NCBI GenBank assembly: GCA_963663225.1
Contig: OY760142.1
Span: forward strand, 1,088,001 to 1,152,000
Source of the DNA: Nitrospirota bacterium
GTDB taxonomy: Bacteria > Nitrospirota > UBA9217
Reading direction: 5' to 3'
Length of the DNA: 64,000 nucleotides
Shown: one piece after another, positions 48,054-58,260 of the stretch
How the letters are laid out: each line of letters begins with the position of its first letter
How positions within the stretch are numbered: position 1 is the first letter of the stretch
Notes under the pieces: generated by a model
What the model saw: the letters and a program-made list of their open reading frames with translations, nothing else
Told to the model about the DNA's origin: nothing
Databases searched by the model: none
Made by a program: the position numbers and the translations under genes

Positions 48054-48701
48054 CTACGCCGACAGAATGGACTTCATGGCGCGGGCCGTCGTTTTGTAAA
48101 ACGTTGTTTTTGCATGCTGCTCTAATCGTTCGGCAAGAAAAAGACCGAATTTTCGCAGATGCTCTTCGAGGACTTTCTTTTGCAGTTCACGGGCGTACGA
48201 TTCGATTTTTTGATCATTATTTTTGATCCCGTTTATTTCATTGAAGCAGAGATACGCCATGAATTCCAGCTCAACTGCAACGTGGTCAGGAGGAAGTTTA
48301 AAATCTTCACTTAGCTTCAGTCCGGCCTCATGGTACAGCCGGGCGATTTGAAAGGTGGATTCCTGGATGAGCTTGCCTTCACGGTATACAGACTCAAAGA
48401 GGTAAACCTGGCGAGGCTTGGATGCAAAACACATCCATGTGTAGTCTTTCTCCAAATCGAGGAGGAGCTTTTTTTTATTTTGATCAGGTTTTGCATATGC
48501 TGTTTTCAGAGATGGTTCAACGTCCGGCGATCTGAGAAGCCCGAGGGCATCCAGGGCTCCCGCAAGTTTTGTCGCAAACTCACCGGTCGTCAGGCTTTCA
48601 ACAAGCTCTTCGCCGGGATAATTCAAGGCACGAGCCAATAAGGAATACACGGTCATTCTTAAAGAAGGCTCAATGAGTCTCTGATCGGCCGTATTCATCA
48701 C
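48054..48701 (-). CDS. TorD/DmsD family redox-enzyme maturation chaperone
   Basis: FESVY, PPDHVAVELEFM and EEHL motifs. Confidence 0.9.
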   Translation of the reverse strand: MMNTADQRLIEPSLRMTVYSLLARALNYPGEELVESLTTGEFATKLAGALDALGLLRSPDVEPSLKTAYAKPDQNKKKLLLDLEKDYTWMCFASKPRQVYLFESVYREGKLIQESTFQIARLYHEAGLKLSEDFKLPPDHVAVELEFMAYLCFNEINGIKNNDQKIESYARELQKKVLEEHLRKFGLFLAERLEQHAKTTFYKTTARAMKSILSA

Positions 48702-48827
48702 TCTGCGCGCTCCATTCTTTGTGGTGAACGTATAAACCAGTTTGGAAACAATAAGTCCACGGACTACAACATGGATCAGGCCGCCCTGTCCGTGGACTTA
48801 TTTTACCATACGGGGACTGCAAAACAG

Positions 48828-49541
48828 CTATTTATTTTTTGTTTCCTCTTCTGCTTCTATTCTCGCCCGCCGGTCGCTGAACTTCTTGAAACCGGTGATG
48901 GCAAGCGCCGCTGCAACCGGGACGACAGATCCTTTCCCAAGGTCAAGACTTCCGCTCTTACCGTTTTTACTCGCCACTTTCGGGTATCCGGCAGCAACAG
49001 GGTCCTGCTTCGAGAGCACGAACAGATGGGTCCCGCCGTTTTCCGTGTATCCGTAGAGCTTGAGCTTTTTTTCTTTTGCCTGCTTTGCTGCAAGGCTCTT
49101 TATCGCGCGGTATTCACCAAACTGCAAAGCCCCTGTCGGACAGACTTCCACGCAGGCAGGTTGCTTCCCGTCTCCGATGCGGTGCGCACAGAAACTGCAC
49201 TTGACGATTTTCTTTTTTGCCTCATCGAATTGGGGAACCCCGAACGGGCAGACTTTGGTGCAGGTCTCGCAGCCAATGCAGGTCTGGGCGTTATAGAGAA
49301 CCGGACCGTAACCGGACTTGGTCAGCGCCTTAACGGGACAATTTTCAACGCACTGGGGATTTTGGCAGTGCATGCATCTCTTCTGGTAAAGTCCCTCGTC
49401 ATTAATCTTCACAAACGTTCTGAAGAGGCCTTTCGCTGCCTGGTCATGATATCTGAACTCCTGTATACAGCGGTAACCGCAGGTATTGCAACCGGTGCAG
49501 AAGGTATTGTCAAGCAATATGGCATATTCTTTCATGGTCAT
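48828..49541 (-). CDS. Four-cluster 4Fe-4S electron-transfer subunit (FdnH/HybA-like)
   Basis: 16 Cys in four ferredoxin-type groups; short C-terminal hydrophobic helix. Confidence 0.92.
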   Translation of the reverse strand: MTMKEYAILLDNTFCTGCNTCGYRCIQEFRYHDQAAKGLFRTFVKINDEGLYQKRCMHCQNPQCVENCPVKALTKSGYGPVLYNAQTCIGCETCTKVCPFGVPQFDEAKKKIVKCSFCAHRIGDGKQPACVEVCPTGALQFGEYRAIKSLAAKQAKEKKLKLYGYTENGGTHLFVLSKQDPVAAGYPKVASKNGKSGSLDLGKGSVVPVAAALAITGFKKFSDRRARIEAEEETKNK

Positions 49542-49550
49542 TCACCTCGC

Positions 49551-52130
49551 TTATGCTTTTTTAATGTTGACGTAAACATCTTCCACCCAACCCATACCCG
49601 TGGGGTCATGCTTCTTTGCAATGTTGGGATCCTTCTGCGGTATGAGATCGCCGTCCCGATAGCCGAAATCCTTCGCATATCTCAAGTTTTTCGCGCGATG
49701 GCCAATCCCGTGGAACGTCAGGATGCAGTCCTCCCGCTGGACGCGATTCGTCAGGTGCACCTTCGCTTTGACAGGCCTGGGAAGGTCCTTCATGTAGTTC
49801 GGATCGTTTTCCAACAGAACCATGTCGCCTTCCTGGATGCCCAGTTTCTTTGCCGCTTCCGGATTCATCCAGACGCAATCCATATAGTTTCTTATCGTCA
49901 TCTCCTTCAAAATCGGGTTGTTCAGGAAATTAGGATCTGCATGCATGAACCAGGGTGTTCGGGTAATCAGCAGTGAAAATTTATAATTTCCGCTGGGTGC
50001 ATGCCATCTGCTCGCCCATGTTGGCAACGGGTCGTGGCCGGCAGCGGCAACTTCCTCAAAATACATGCGGACGCGTCCATTGGGCCTGCCGTAGCTGATC
50101 TCCCTGATTTGCTTGTAGTTCTCATACGGTTTCTTGTCGATCCAGATTCCGCCTTTTTTCATAAACTCGGCGGTATTTTGGGCAACCCCCAGGTTTTTAA
50201 GGGCCACATCGCCCAAGTTCATTGGAATTTTTTTGGCTGGATCTCCGCTGCCGTCGGTTGTCCAATACTTGGGGGCCATTGCCATCCCGATTGCCGTGGC
50301 GAAACCGCCCCAGCCGATCTGATCACTGGGTGATTTCTGGACCGGCACACCGCCTACAAGGCAGGGATTCTTCGGGAAATAGAGTCTCGTGTCCAGCTTC
50401 CCTTCTTCAAACTGGTGCGGGGCCGGAATGACGTAGTCGCAGAAATATCCCAGATCATCCAGATAGAGGTTCCAGTCGACGACCAGATCCATTTTTTCCA
50501 GGGCTTTTTCAACCATCTGGGGTTGAATCATGGCAAAGAGACCGCGGTGAGGGTTGCGGAAGAAAACGACTTTTGCCCGGTTCGTTTTGTAGAGACCCCA
50601 GCCGACCATGCCGTAGTGGCCGGGAGCGGAAAAGTCTTTTTTCCGATAAATGTTATCCGTTACCGGAAATTCGTTTCTGAAATCCACAGGTTCTGCCGGT
50701 TGTTCGGGATACGGAGCGACCGGGGGAGAAATTTCATTCAGCCAGGGGATTTTTACTCCATGATACAGGAGCATGCCGCCTTCATGGTCAATTGATCCGC
50801 TGAGTGAATTAAGAACACTGATCGCATGCCTAAGCCGCCAGCTGTTGGCGTAGTTTGGTCCTGCCGCATCGCGTTTCAATGTAGGAACTAAAGCACGAGG
50901 TGCTGCAGCCGAGAAGTCCAGGGCAATCTTGCGTATTGTTTTGGCGGGCACCTCGGATATTTCCGCAGCCCATTCAGGGGTGAAGGTCTTCACCGATTCA
51001 GTCAAAATAGCCATAACCGGTTTGGCGGAAATATTTTTTCCGTCTATGGTGACGTTGAACGGGCCGCCTTCCAGCGACGGTGCATGACACTTGTCAATCG
51101 GTTCCGCCTTCTTATGCTTGGAACACCAGGCAAGCATGGTGTCATTTTCACCTTTGAGCACCATCTTTGTCTTGATATCAACAAGAGCTGAGGCATCGGA
51201 ATATTTTTTTATAAAACTTGCATTATACTTCTTTCCGGACGTAATGACCTGGATCATGGCCAATGCGACCGCCAGGTCAGTGCCTGGCTTGATCGTATAC
51301 GTTTCGCTGGCATACCCCTCCGCCAAAGGAGTGCGGATAGGATTGAACATGACGATCTTTGCGCCATTCTTCTTTCCTGCCGCCCAGTGGTTCAGCATGC
51401 CTGCCTTGCCGCACTTGGAGAAAGAATCGAAACCGAACCAGACCTGGTACTTGGCGTTGTCATAGTCATAGCCGGAAATATGATGGGACGGTGTGTAGGT
51501 GCTTGAATAATACTTGTTTGGCGGGTTGGTAATGCTCAGGCAATTGATATAGTAGTGCGTGCCAAAACACTCAGTCCGCTGGTCGCTTCGGGTCATGCCA
51601 ATGGACTGGCAGAGGTGGTTTGTATACGGATCACCGGGAGATGCCATGAGAATCTCCTGGGGCTTTACTTTTTGCATGCCGGCAATAACTTCTTTTACAG
51701 CATCAGCTGTTTTTACGGTGACCCAGCCCGGATCTTCATCAGTGCCTTTTTTTGAATTGGTTCTTTTGAGTGAAACCATGAGGCGGTCGGGATCATACAT
51801 TGAATCTACGAATCCAAGACCCTTGATGCAGAATTTCCCCCGGGAGACCGGATCATCAGCGCGGCCCTCTAATGTTATCGCCCTTTCGAGACCTGTCGCC
51901 GGATCTACACCCACTACGATATTATATGCGCAATCAGCTTCACAGGCTCTGGCGCACACTTGAGGGACTTTTTTGGTGACGGTATATGCCGCTTTTTCCT
52001 GGGGGTGCTCACCAAAAGCCCATGCCTGGCGCAAATTTGTGAAGGGAAATACAGTCGCTGATGCGGCAATACCAGCAACGCCGGCAAGTTTCAGAAAATC
52101 TCTTCTTGGAATCTTGTGATGATCATCCAT
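49551..52130 (-). CDS. Tat-exported molybdopterin (bis-PGD) oxidoreductase catalytic subunit
   Basis: RRDFLK; CARACEADC...C; YDPDRL; PGTDLA; TPEWAAEIS; WMNPEAAKKLGI. Confidence 0.92.
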   Translation of the reverse strand: MDDHHKIPRRDFLKLAGVAGIAASATVFPFTNLRQAWAFGEHPQEKAAYTVTKKVPQVCARACEADCAYNIVVGVDPATGLERAITLEGRADDPVSRGKFCIKGLGFVDSMYDPDRLMVSLKRTNSKKGTDEDPGWVTVKTADAVKEVIAGMQKVKPQEILMASPGDPYTNHLCQSIGMTRSDQRTECFGTHYYINCLSITNPPNKYYSSTYTPSHHISGYDYDNAKYQVWFGFDSFSKCGKAGMLNHWAAGKKNGAKIVMFNPIRTPLAEGYASETYTIKPGTDLAVALAMIQVITSGKKYNASFIKKYSDASALVDIKTKMVLKGENDTMLAWCSKHKKAEPIDKCHAPSLEGGPFNVTIDGKNISAKPVMAILTESVKTFTPEWAAEISEVPAKTIRKIALDFSAAAPRALVPTLKRDAAGPNYANSWRLRHAISVLNSLSGSIDHEGGMLLYHGVKIPWLNEISPPVAPYPEQPAEPVDFRNEFPVTDNIYRKKDFSAPGHYGMVGWGLYKTNRAKVVFFRNPHRGLFAMIQPQMVEKALEKMDLVVDWNLYLDDLGYFCDYVIPAPHQFEEGKLDTRLYFPKNPCLVGGVPVQKSPSDQIGWGGFATAIGMAMAPKYWTTDGSGDPAKKIPMNLGDVALKNLGVAQNTAEFMKKGGIWIDKKPYENYKQIREISYGRPNGRVRMYFEEVAAAGHDPLPTWASRWHAPSGNYKFSLLITRTPWFMHADPNFLNNPILKEMTIRNYMDCVWMNPEAAKKLGIQEGDMVLLENDPNYMKDLPRPVKAKVHLTNRVQREDCILTFHGIGHRAKNLRYAKDFGYRDGDLIPQKDPNIAKKHDPTGMGWVEDVYVNIKKA

Positions 52131-52263
52131 TGCTCGTACCTCCTCTAAAGAATTATTATTATTAGTTTTGCTTTAGGCACTCCTTTATTCTTTATTGCAG
52201 ATACTTAATTTTTATATCGAAAAAAGCAAGATGTCAAGAAAAAAGTCAATATTATCAATTACT

Positions 52264-52298
52264 TATGCTACTATTGGCATATGTTTTTTCTAACATAT
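52264..52298. promoter_or_regulatory. Tandem palindromes, putative ModE-family operator
   Basis: TATGC-N8-GCATA (52264-52281) and TATGT-N8-ACATA (52280-52297). Confidence 0.55.
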
Positions 52299-52327
52299 AT
52301 TCACTTTTTTCTTACAGTGGAAGCAGG

Positions 52328-52675
52328 TTACTTCTGTTGTTCGAGGGACGTATTGGGAAGGATAAAACGATATGCTTTGCTTTCTATATAAGATTCAATG
52401 TCTTCCTCGCAGTGGTGAAATTCATGGAGAAGCGTTTTTGCTGCTTGCGTAAGCCGCATGCCTTTGTTTCCCTTGGTAGTTTCAACCAATTTGAGGCCAA
52501 GACGCTCTTCAGTGACTTTGATAATTCCCCAGGCGGCACGGTAGGACATATTAAGCTTTTTTGCCGCCCCATAGAGACTTCCGCATGCATCTATGGCCGT
52601 AAATAAGTCTTCACGGCCGCGGCCAAATATGACTTTTCTGTCTTTTTCAAGCCACACCTTGCATTTGATCTTCAC
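52328..52675 (-). CDS. ModE N-terminal-type winged-HTH regulator (no TOBE domains)
   Basis: KVWLE...FGRGR..L..AI...GSL..AAK.L.MSYRAAW; GTG start with AAGGTGG RBS. Confidence 0.88.
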   Translation of the reverse strand: MKIKCKVWLEKDRKVIFGRGREDLFTAIDACGSLYGAAKKLNMSYRAAWGIIKVTEERLGLKLVETTKGNKGMRLTQAAKTLLHEFHHCEEDIESYIESKAYRFILPNTSLEQQK

Positions 52676-52701
52676 GAAGCCACCTTCGAGCAAAAAAAAA
52701 T

Positions 52702-53070
52702 CAGAGCGGGCCGTAAGCCGAGTTCTGTCTCCCTGATTGCTCAGGGCGGTGATCATTTATCTGGGCCTCCGATTGCTCGAAGGCACGAGCGACCTACCCG
52801 GAAGTCTCGGACGGGCCGTCCTTACTCCCTTGCGGGAGATGCTTCCCTATGTGGTCTTGCTCCAGGCGGGGTTTTCCAAGCATCCCCGGTCGCCCGGGAA
52901 TCTGGTGGGCTCTTACCCCACCGTTTCACCCTTGCCCTTTACGGGGCGGTCTGCTTTTCTGTGGCACTGTCCATGGGGTCGCCCCCTGTCTCGTTTCGAG
53001 ACCGCCTTGCCCTGTGGAGCTCGGACTTTCCTCCCCCCGTTTCCGGGGAGCAATCACCTCACCCGCTCTG
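52702..53070 (-). ncRNA. rnpB: RNase P RNA (type A)
   Basis: GAGGAAAGTCCGAGCTC, CTAC/GGAGCAAG-type core, 3' ACAGAACTCGGCTTAC; complementary termini CAGAGCGGG/CCCGCTCTG. Confidence 0.95.
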
Positions 53071-53097
53071 AAACTGTTTCGCGCAAAAGAGCTTTGC

Positions 53098-53499
53098 TTA
53101 CGTCAGCTTTTCGTCTATCGCTTTGTTCGCCAGGGAATCTGCCTCTTTGTTTTTCTCTCTTGGTACGTATTGTACCGCAACGCTGTCGATCTGCGCAATC
53201 AATTCCTTGGCCCGGCCATGCAACGGCTTCAGACCGGCATTTTTTACTTTGTACTCTCCATTCAGCTGTTTCACCAGCAGCTCGGAATCGGCAAAAAGAG
53301 AGACCCGTGAAGCGCCGCACTTTACAGCATACTCCAGACCGAGGATGGCTGCAGTATATTCTGCGATATTATTGGTAGTTGTGCCGAGATACCGGGTTAT
53401 CGTTGCTACCGGGCTGCCGTTTTCAAGAATGTAAACTCCGGCCCCTGCCTCTCCGGGATTATTCCGTGATGCGCCGTCTGTATAAATAGTTAGTTCCAT
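53098..53499 (-). CDS. rnhA: Ribonuclease HI
   Basis: YTDGASRNNPG, TNNIAEY, DSELLV and NKEADSLAN motifs. Confidence 0.9.
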   Translation of the reverse strand: MELTIYTDGASRNNPGEAGAGVYILENGSPVATITRYLGTTTNNIAEYTAAILGLEYAVKCGASRVSLFADSELLVKQLNGEYKVKNAGLKPLHGRAKELIAQIDSVAVQYVPREKNKEADSLANKAIDEKLT

Positions 53500-53552
53500 A
53501 TAGGGTTCAAAGTTCCCAGGTCCGGATTTTTCCGGCAGATTGTCTCCATTTT

Positions 53553-54269
53553 TTATATCTCTATTGCTTCCTTGTAATATAAAATGCGTCCGCACTGAGG
53601 GCAGTTGATGATGCTTTCATTCTTTTTTACGTTGACGAATACTTGAGGAGGTATGCTCATAAAACAGCCGGAGCAGGACTCTCCCCGGACCTCTACAATA
53701 GCAGTTCCGGATTTATTCGCCAGCAACCGCTGATAGGGAGCGAGGACGGCAGGTTGGATGCGGGAAGCCAGTTCCTGTTTTTTCTGTTCCGCGGCCCGCA
53801 AGTCTTCTGCAGCTTTTGCCATGGCCGCCTCGTACAGCTGCTGCTCTTGCACAATGCCTGCCTCGACCTCGCGAGACTCCTTTTCCGCAGCGGCAATGGC
53901 CGCAGCAGCGCCATCGATTTTTTCCATATGGAGAAGTATTTCATCCTCGATCGACTTGTTCTCCAGTTCCGCCGTTTCGATTTCCTTGAGCAAGGCCTGA
54001 TATTCTTTATTGGTTTTTATTTCCGAAGTTCGTGCTTTGAGCCGCTCGACCTTCTGGGCGCCTGCCTCCAGGGCCTGGTCTCGGTCCCGTTTCTTTTTCT
54101 GCGCCTCCAGCAGTCCGTTTTTCACGCTGTTCAGATTTTCCTGATTAGCCTCACGTTTTTGTTCAAGACCTGCCAGCATTTTGGGCAGTTGGTCTTTCCG
54201 GGCCGCAAGAGTTTTTATTTCCGTGTCTATTTCCTGAAGTCGTATGAGCAAGCTCAGTTGTTCTTCCAT
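53553..54269 (-). CDS. C4-type zinc-ribbon coiled-coil protein (DUF164/CT398-like)
   Basis: LQEID, long coiled coil, CSGC...CPQCGRILY. Confidence 0.9.
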   Translation of the reverse strand: MEEQLSLLIRLQEIDTEIKTLAARKDQLPKMLAGLEQKREANQENLNSVKNGLLEAQKKKRDRDQALEAGAQKVERLKARTSEIKTNKEYQALLKEIETAELENKSIEDEILLHMEKIDGAAAAIAAAEKESREVEAGIVQEQQLYEAAMAKAAEDLRAAEQKKQELASRIQPAVLAPYQRLLANKSGTAIVEVRGESCSGCFMSIPPQVFVNVKKNESIINCPQCGRILYYKEAIEI

Positions 54270-54278
54270 GTTGCCTCC

Positions 54279-54307
54279 AAAAAAAAATGCGCCTCTCGGC
54301 GCATTTT
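54279..54307 (-). terminator. Rho-independent terminator downstream of the tRNA
   Basis: AAAATGCGCC/GGCGCATTTT stem with a long T-run. Confidence 0.7.
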
Positions 54308-54415
54308 ATGCAAGCTATCCTGTCTTCCACAGCTTGCAGATTTTATTGTTATTCCGCATAATCAATACTTCCGGCACCTGTTATATGCTCCTCGTTCAAT
54401 TCGATGCAAAATGGT

Positions 54416-54491
54416 TGGTGGGCCCACCAGGACTCGAACCTGGGACCAACCGGTTATGAGCCGGTAGCTCTACCAACTGAGCTATGGGCCC
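54416..54491 (-). tRNA. tRNA with CAT anticodon, most likely tRNA-Ile2 (lysidine type)
   Basis: GGGCCCATAGCTCAGTTGGTAGAGC...CTCATAA...GGTTCGAGTCC...CCA, 76 nt; paired 1-72, so not initiator; typical position after rpoD. Confidence 0.93.
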
Positions 54492-54590
54492 CCGTGAAGA
54501 ATTCTTGGCTGACTGTTTTCGTTTTGGGAGACAATAATCGCACAACTTTCTCGAATTGTCAAGACATCGTGTATACGGTGTCGGCCCCGA

Positions 54591-56393
54591 TTATTCCATA
54601 AAACTTTTGAGTTGCTTGCTTCTGCTCGGATGACGGAGCTTTCTGAGGGCCTTCGCTTCAATTTGGCGTATGCGTTCCCGCGTTACGTCGAATTCCTGCC
54701 CCACTTCTTCAAGAGTGTGGTCCGTGTGTTCACCGATGCCGAAACGCCATCGCAGCACTTTTTCTTCGCGCTCCGTCAACGTGTTCAGCACTTTTCTGAC
54801 CTGCTGATGCAGGTTCTTCCGGATTGCAGAGTCAAGAGGCGACGCAGCTTTTTTGTCTTCGATAAAATCCCCCAGATGACTGTCTTCTTCTTCTCCGATG
54901 GGAGTTTCAAGCGAAATCGGCTCCTTGGCAATCTTCATGATTTTTCTTACCTTCTCCACCGGCAGTTTCATGGATGCGGCAATTTCCTCCGTGGTGGGTT
55001 CTCTGCCGAGATCCTGCACAATCCCCCGAGAGGTGCGGATAAGCTTGTTCATGGTCTCGATCATGTGCACCGGTATGCGAATCGTCCGTGCCTGGTCCGC
55101 AATCGCCCGCGTAATAGCCTGTCTGATCCACCACGTGGCATAGGTGCTGAATTTGTACCCGCGCTGCCATTCGAATTTGTCGACTGCCTTCATGAGGCCG
55201 ATGTTTCCTTCCTGGATCAGGTCGAGAAACTGAAGGCCACGGTTCGTATATTTTTTCGCGATGGAAACGACAAGCCGCAGGTTTGCCTCCACAAGCTCGC
55301 TCTTTGCGTATTTGGCGCGCTCCTCGGCCCGTTCATAAGCGCGAAGCGCTTTTTTCAGATCCTCGGCGGAAACTCCGCACTGCGTTTCAATGGCCCGTAT
55401 CTGTTTGACCGACTGCCGGTAAATTTTTTCTAGATTCAGTAGCGTTTCCGGCTTCATCTCCAGTCTGCGGGCGGCATTTTTGAGCTCACGCTCTCCCTGG
55501 CGCATTTTTTTGAATACTTCCTTGCATGCCGCTATTTCCAGGCCCATTTTCCGCTCGAGTCCGTGAATCGTGCGCTCCGCCTGGTAAATCTCACCGGCCA
55601 TTTCCCGCAGTTTTGCAACAAGCCGGTCTGTCTGCCGGCAGTGGATGTTCAGGGCTTCAAGTTTACTGAAAAGAGAATGCCGCGTTGAGTGAATTTTTTC
55701 CCGCAGCCCTTTTTTCCGTGCTTCACTGCACCTGCCGCTGAGAATGGACGCGGTAATCGTATTCAATTCTCTGCTGTGCTTGTCAATTTCCGTAATCAGT
55801 TTTACCACGCGTGCGTGCAGTTCCTCTTCGTTCTGTGTTTGCGGCTCGTCGAAATCATCATCACCGGCGCGAACAATCTCATGGATGCTGACCTTTCCCT
55901 TCCGCAGTCTGTCGCCCAGATCACGCACATCCTGCAGGGAAAACGGAAGGCTGTACAGTATCTGCGCCGCCTCACGCTTGCCTTCTTCAATGCGCTTCGC
56001 GATTGCGACTTCCCCTTCCTTGGAGAGGAGCGGCACGGTCCCCATTTCCTTGAGATAGAGACGGACCGGGTCGTCCGTTTTGCCCACCCCTACTTCGACT
56101 TCCTCCTCCTCGGCCTCCCCGTCCCCGGCGTCATCAGCGGCCACGTCTTCCTGTTCGGAAGCTTCTTCCAGTTCATCTTCAACCGGCGGGCGCACCTTGC
56201 CGTCGTGTCGGGAGTCTGTGATATCAATCTCCAGATCATTGTCGCCGAACAAGTGGATTATGCTGTCAAACTGTTCCGCGGTAACGTCTTCATGAGGAAT
56301 CGCGTCGCCTGTTTCTTCAAAAGGTGTGAAATTCCGTTCTTTGCCGGCCGTATTCGGTTTTTTAGAATCGCCTGCTTTGCCCCGCTTTGACAT
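54591..56393 (-). CDS. rpoD: RNA polymerase primary sigma factor
   Basis: [33 protein letters not shown] and [10 protein letters not shown] motifs. Confidence 0.97.
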   Translation of the reverse strand: MSKRGKAGDSKKPNTAGKERNFTPFEETGDAIPHEDVTAEQFDSIIHLFGDNDLEIDITDSRHDGKVRPPVEDELEEASEQEDVAADDAGDGEAEEEEVEVGVGKTDDPVRLYLKEMGTVPLLSKEGEVAIAKRIEEGKREAAQILYSLPFSLQDVRDLGDRLRKGKVSIHEIVRAGDDDFDEPQTQNEEELHARVVKLITEIDKHSRELNTITASILSGRCSEARKKGLREKIHSTRHSLFSKLEALNIHCRQTDRLVAKLREMAGEIYQAERTIHGLERKMGLEIAACKEVFKKMRQGERELKNAARRLEMKPETLLNLEKIYRQSVKQIRAIETQCGVSAEDLKKALRAYERAEERAKYAKSELVEANLRLVVSIAKKYTNRGLQFLDLIQEGNIGLMKAVDKFEWQRGYKFSTYATWWIRQAITRAIADQARTIRIPVHMIETMNKLIRTSRGIVQDLGREPTTEEIAASMKLPVEKVRKIMKIAKEPISLETPIGEEEDSHLGDFIEDKKAASPLDSAIRKNLHQQVRKVLNTLTEREEKVLRWRFGIGEHTDHTLEEVGQEFDVTRERIRQIEAKALRKLRHPSRSKQLKSFME

Positions 56394-56471
56394 ACCGTAC
56401 TGCTCCTTTATGCGATGATTAGCGCGTGCCTCGCGTGCAACAACCACATTCAATTTTAAATCATTCTTTAT

Positions 56472-58259
56472 TTATTTGCCGGGAATTTTTCTGCCCGGCC
56501 TTCTGCTCAGTTCTTTTTGTTCTTCCATCAGCCGTGCAAGGCCCGCTGAATCGCCCTGCGCCTCCGCTTCCTGAATCGCTTTCACCAGCATTTTAATTTT
56601 CTTTTCCGGATCGCGCTGCTTAATCAGATCCATGCAGTCACGGCAATGCTTCTGCGGATCGTCATAGTCCACTTCCAGAACGGAAAAGTAAGAAATCAGC
56701 TGATTCAGTTCTTCGTCGCCCTCGTCAGCAAGAAGCTTATGCGGATCTATTGTTCCGTTCTTTGCAAGAGCTGCAAAAATCTTCACGGCGGCACGATGAT
56801 ATAACGGATCGGAAAAATCCTCCGGTTTGATTTCTTCAAGCAGGGTTTTTGCCAGCGTTTCATCCCGAAGCAGAAGATGAATCAGGATTTCCTCCGCCTT
56901 CGGACGCTGGTGTTGCCGGGCAGAACCCGCCGGCTGCTCGTTCCTGCGGGCAACGGACGCCGGTTTGGTTGCCGCTTTCGCAAGCTCCTGCCGCAAATCC
57001 GATTCCGACACATCAAGTGCTTCTGCTGTTTTTTTCAAATAGTGATTGCGTTCAATGCTCGTGGGAAGCTTGGCAATAAAACCTATCATATCGCCGGCTT
57101 TCGCAACTTTCTCGGCAATCGTCGTTCCCCCGCCTTCCTTCACCACCTGGCTCAGAACAAAATCCATCAGGGGAACAGCCTGTTTCAGACAGGAGCTGAA
57201 CGCATCATAGCCTTTCTGCTTCAGAAACGTGTCAGGATCATCGCCGCCCGGCAGGGAGACTACTTTGGCGACCATCCCGCTTCCTGCGAGGAGATCAAAA
57301 CTGCGCAGCGCCGCCTTTATTCCGGCCGGATCAGGGTCAAAAATCAGTTTGATGTTCTTTGTAAATCTGCGCATCAAGCGCAGATGGCCTTCCGTAAGAG
57401 CAGTGCCGAGTGTTGCTGTTGCGTTCCGGACTCCGTGCTGATGGCAGGCGATTGCATCGAGATAACCTTCGACAATAATAAAGTGGTCGTATTTTCTCGC
57501 TGCCTCCTTGGCCTTGTCCAGGCAGTAAAGCACATTGCTTTTGCTGTACAGCGGGGTTTCGGGAGAGTTCAGGTATTTCGGGAGTGAATCGTCCATCACT
57601 CTGCCGCCGAAGGCAATCACCTGGTCCGCTATGTCGCGAATGGGAAACATGATTCTGCCCCGAAACCGGTCATAGTAGCCTTCGCTTTCGGCCCGCTTCA
57701 CGACAAGCCCTGCGTTTTGCATGCTGGCAAGAGAGTGCCCTTTTTGCTTCAAAAACTTAAGCAGGCTGTCCCATTCGGGACGGGCATATCCCAGTGCAAA
57801 ATCTTTTACGATCTGGTCGCTTACGCCGCGTTTTGTTAAATAAGACCGCGCTGAACTTCCGGATTCTTCTTCAAGCTCTCGGCGAAAAAAATACGCTGCA
57901 TCGGCAAGCACGCCGAGGAGCTTTTTCTTCTCATCTCCTGTCTTCTGCTCCTGCGAAAAATTCCTGTCATTTTCCGGGAGCCGGATTCCCGAACGTTCCG
58001 CCAGCTTCCTTACCGCTTCGGGAAAAGTCAATCCTTCCTGAAGCTCGATAAACTTAAAAACATTTCCTCCAACACCGCACCCAAAGCAGTGAAATATCTG
58101 TTTATCCGAATTCACGCTAAACGACGGAGTCTTTTCTGAGTGAAACGGGCAGAGCCCCACATGGTTTTTTCCGGCTTTTTTCAGAGAAACATATCCCGAG
58201 ATGAGATCCACAATATCAACGCTGTCCCGAACCCGGCTTATGGTGTCTTCCGAAAACAC
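56472..58259 (-). CDS. dnaG: DNA primase
   Basis: CPFH..KTPSF, CFGC, KYLNSPET, EGYLD and DPD motifs. Confidence 0.97.
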   Translation of the reverse strand: MFSEDTISRVRDSVDIVDLISGYVSLKKAGKNHVGLCPFHSEKTPSFSVNSDKQIFHCFGCGVGGNVFKFIELQEGLTFPEAVRKLAERSGIRLPENDRNFSQEQKTGDEKKKLLGVLADAAYFFRRELEEESGSSARSYLTKRGVSDQIVKDFALGYARPEWDSLLKFLKQKGHSLASMQNAGLVVKRAESEGYYDRFRGRIMFPIRDIADQVIAFGGRVMDDSLPKYLNSPETPLYSKSNVLYCLDKAKEAARKYDHFIIVEGYLDAIACHQHGVRNATATLGTALTEGHLRLMRRFTKNIKLIFDPDPAGIKAALRSFDLLAGSGMVAKVVSLPGGDDPDTFLKQKGYDAFSSCLKQAVPLMDFVLSQVVKEGGGTTIAEKVAKAGDMIGFIAKLPTSIERNHYLKKTAEALDVSESDLRQELAKAATKPASVARRNEQPAGSARQHQRPKAEEILIHLLLRDETLAKTLLEEIKPEDFSDPLYHRAAVKIFAALAKNGTIDPHKLLADEGDEELNQLISYFSVLEVDYDDPQKHCRDCMDLIKQRDPEKKIKMLVKAIQEAEAQGDSAGLARLMEEQKELSRRPGRKIPGK

Positions 58260-58260
58260 G

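Noticed and set aside
48771-49976. 401-aa plus-strand ORF
   Set aside because: Antisense shadow of the Fe-S and Mo subunits.
49551-52130. Formate dehydrogenase or selenocysteine recoding
   Set aside because: There is no in-frame TGA and the Fdh C/U-H active-site motif is absent.
52676-53378. ORFs overlapping 52700-53070, including the ModE 5' extension
   Set aside because: The region is the RNase P RNA gene.
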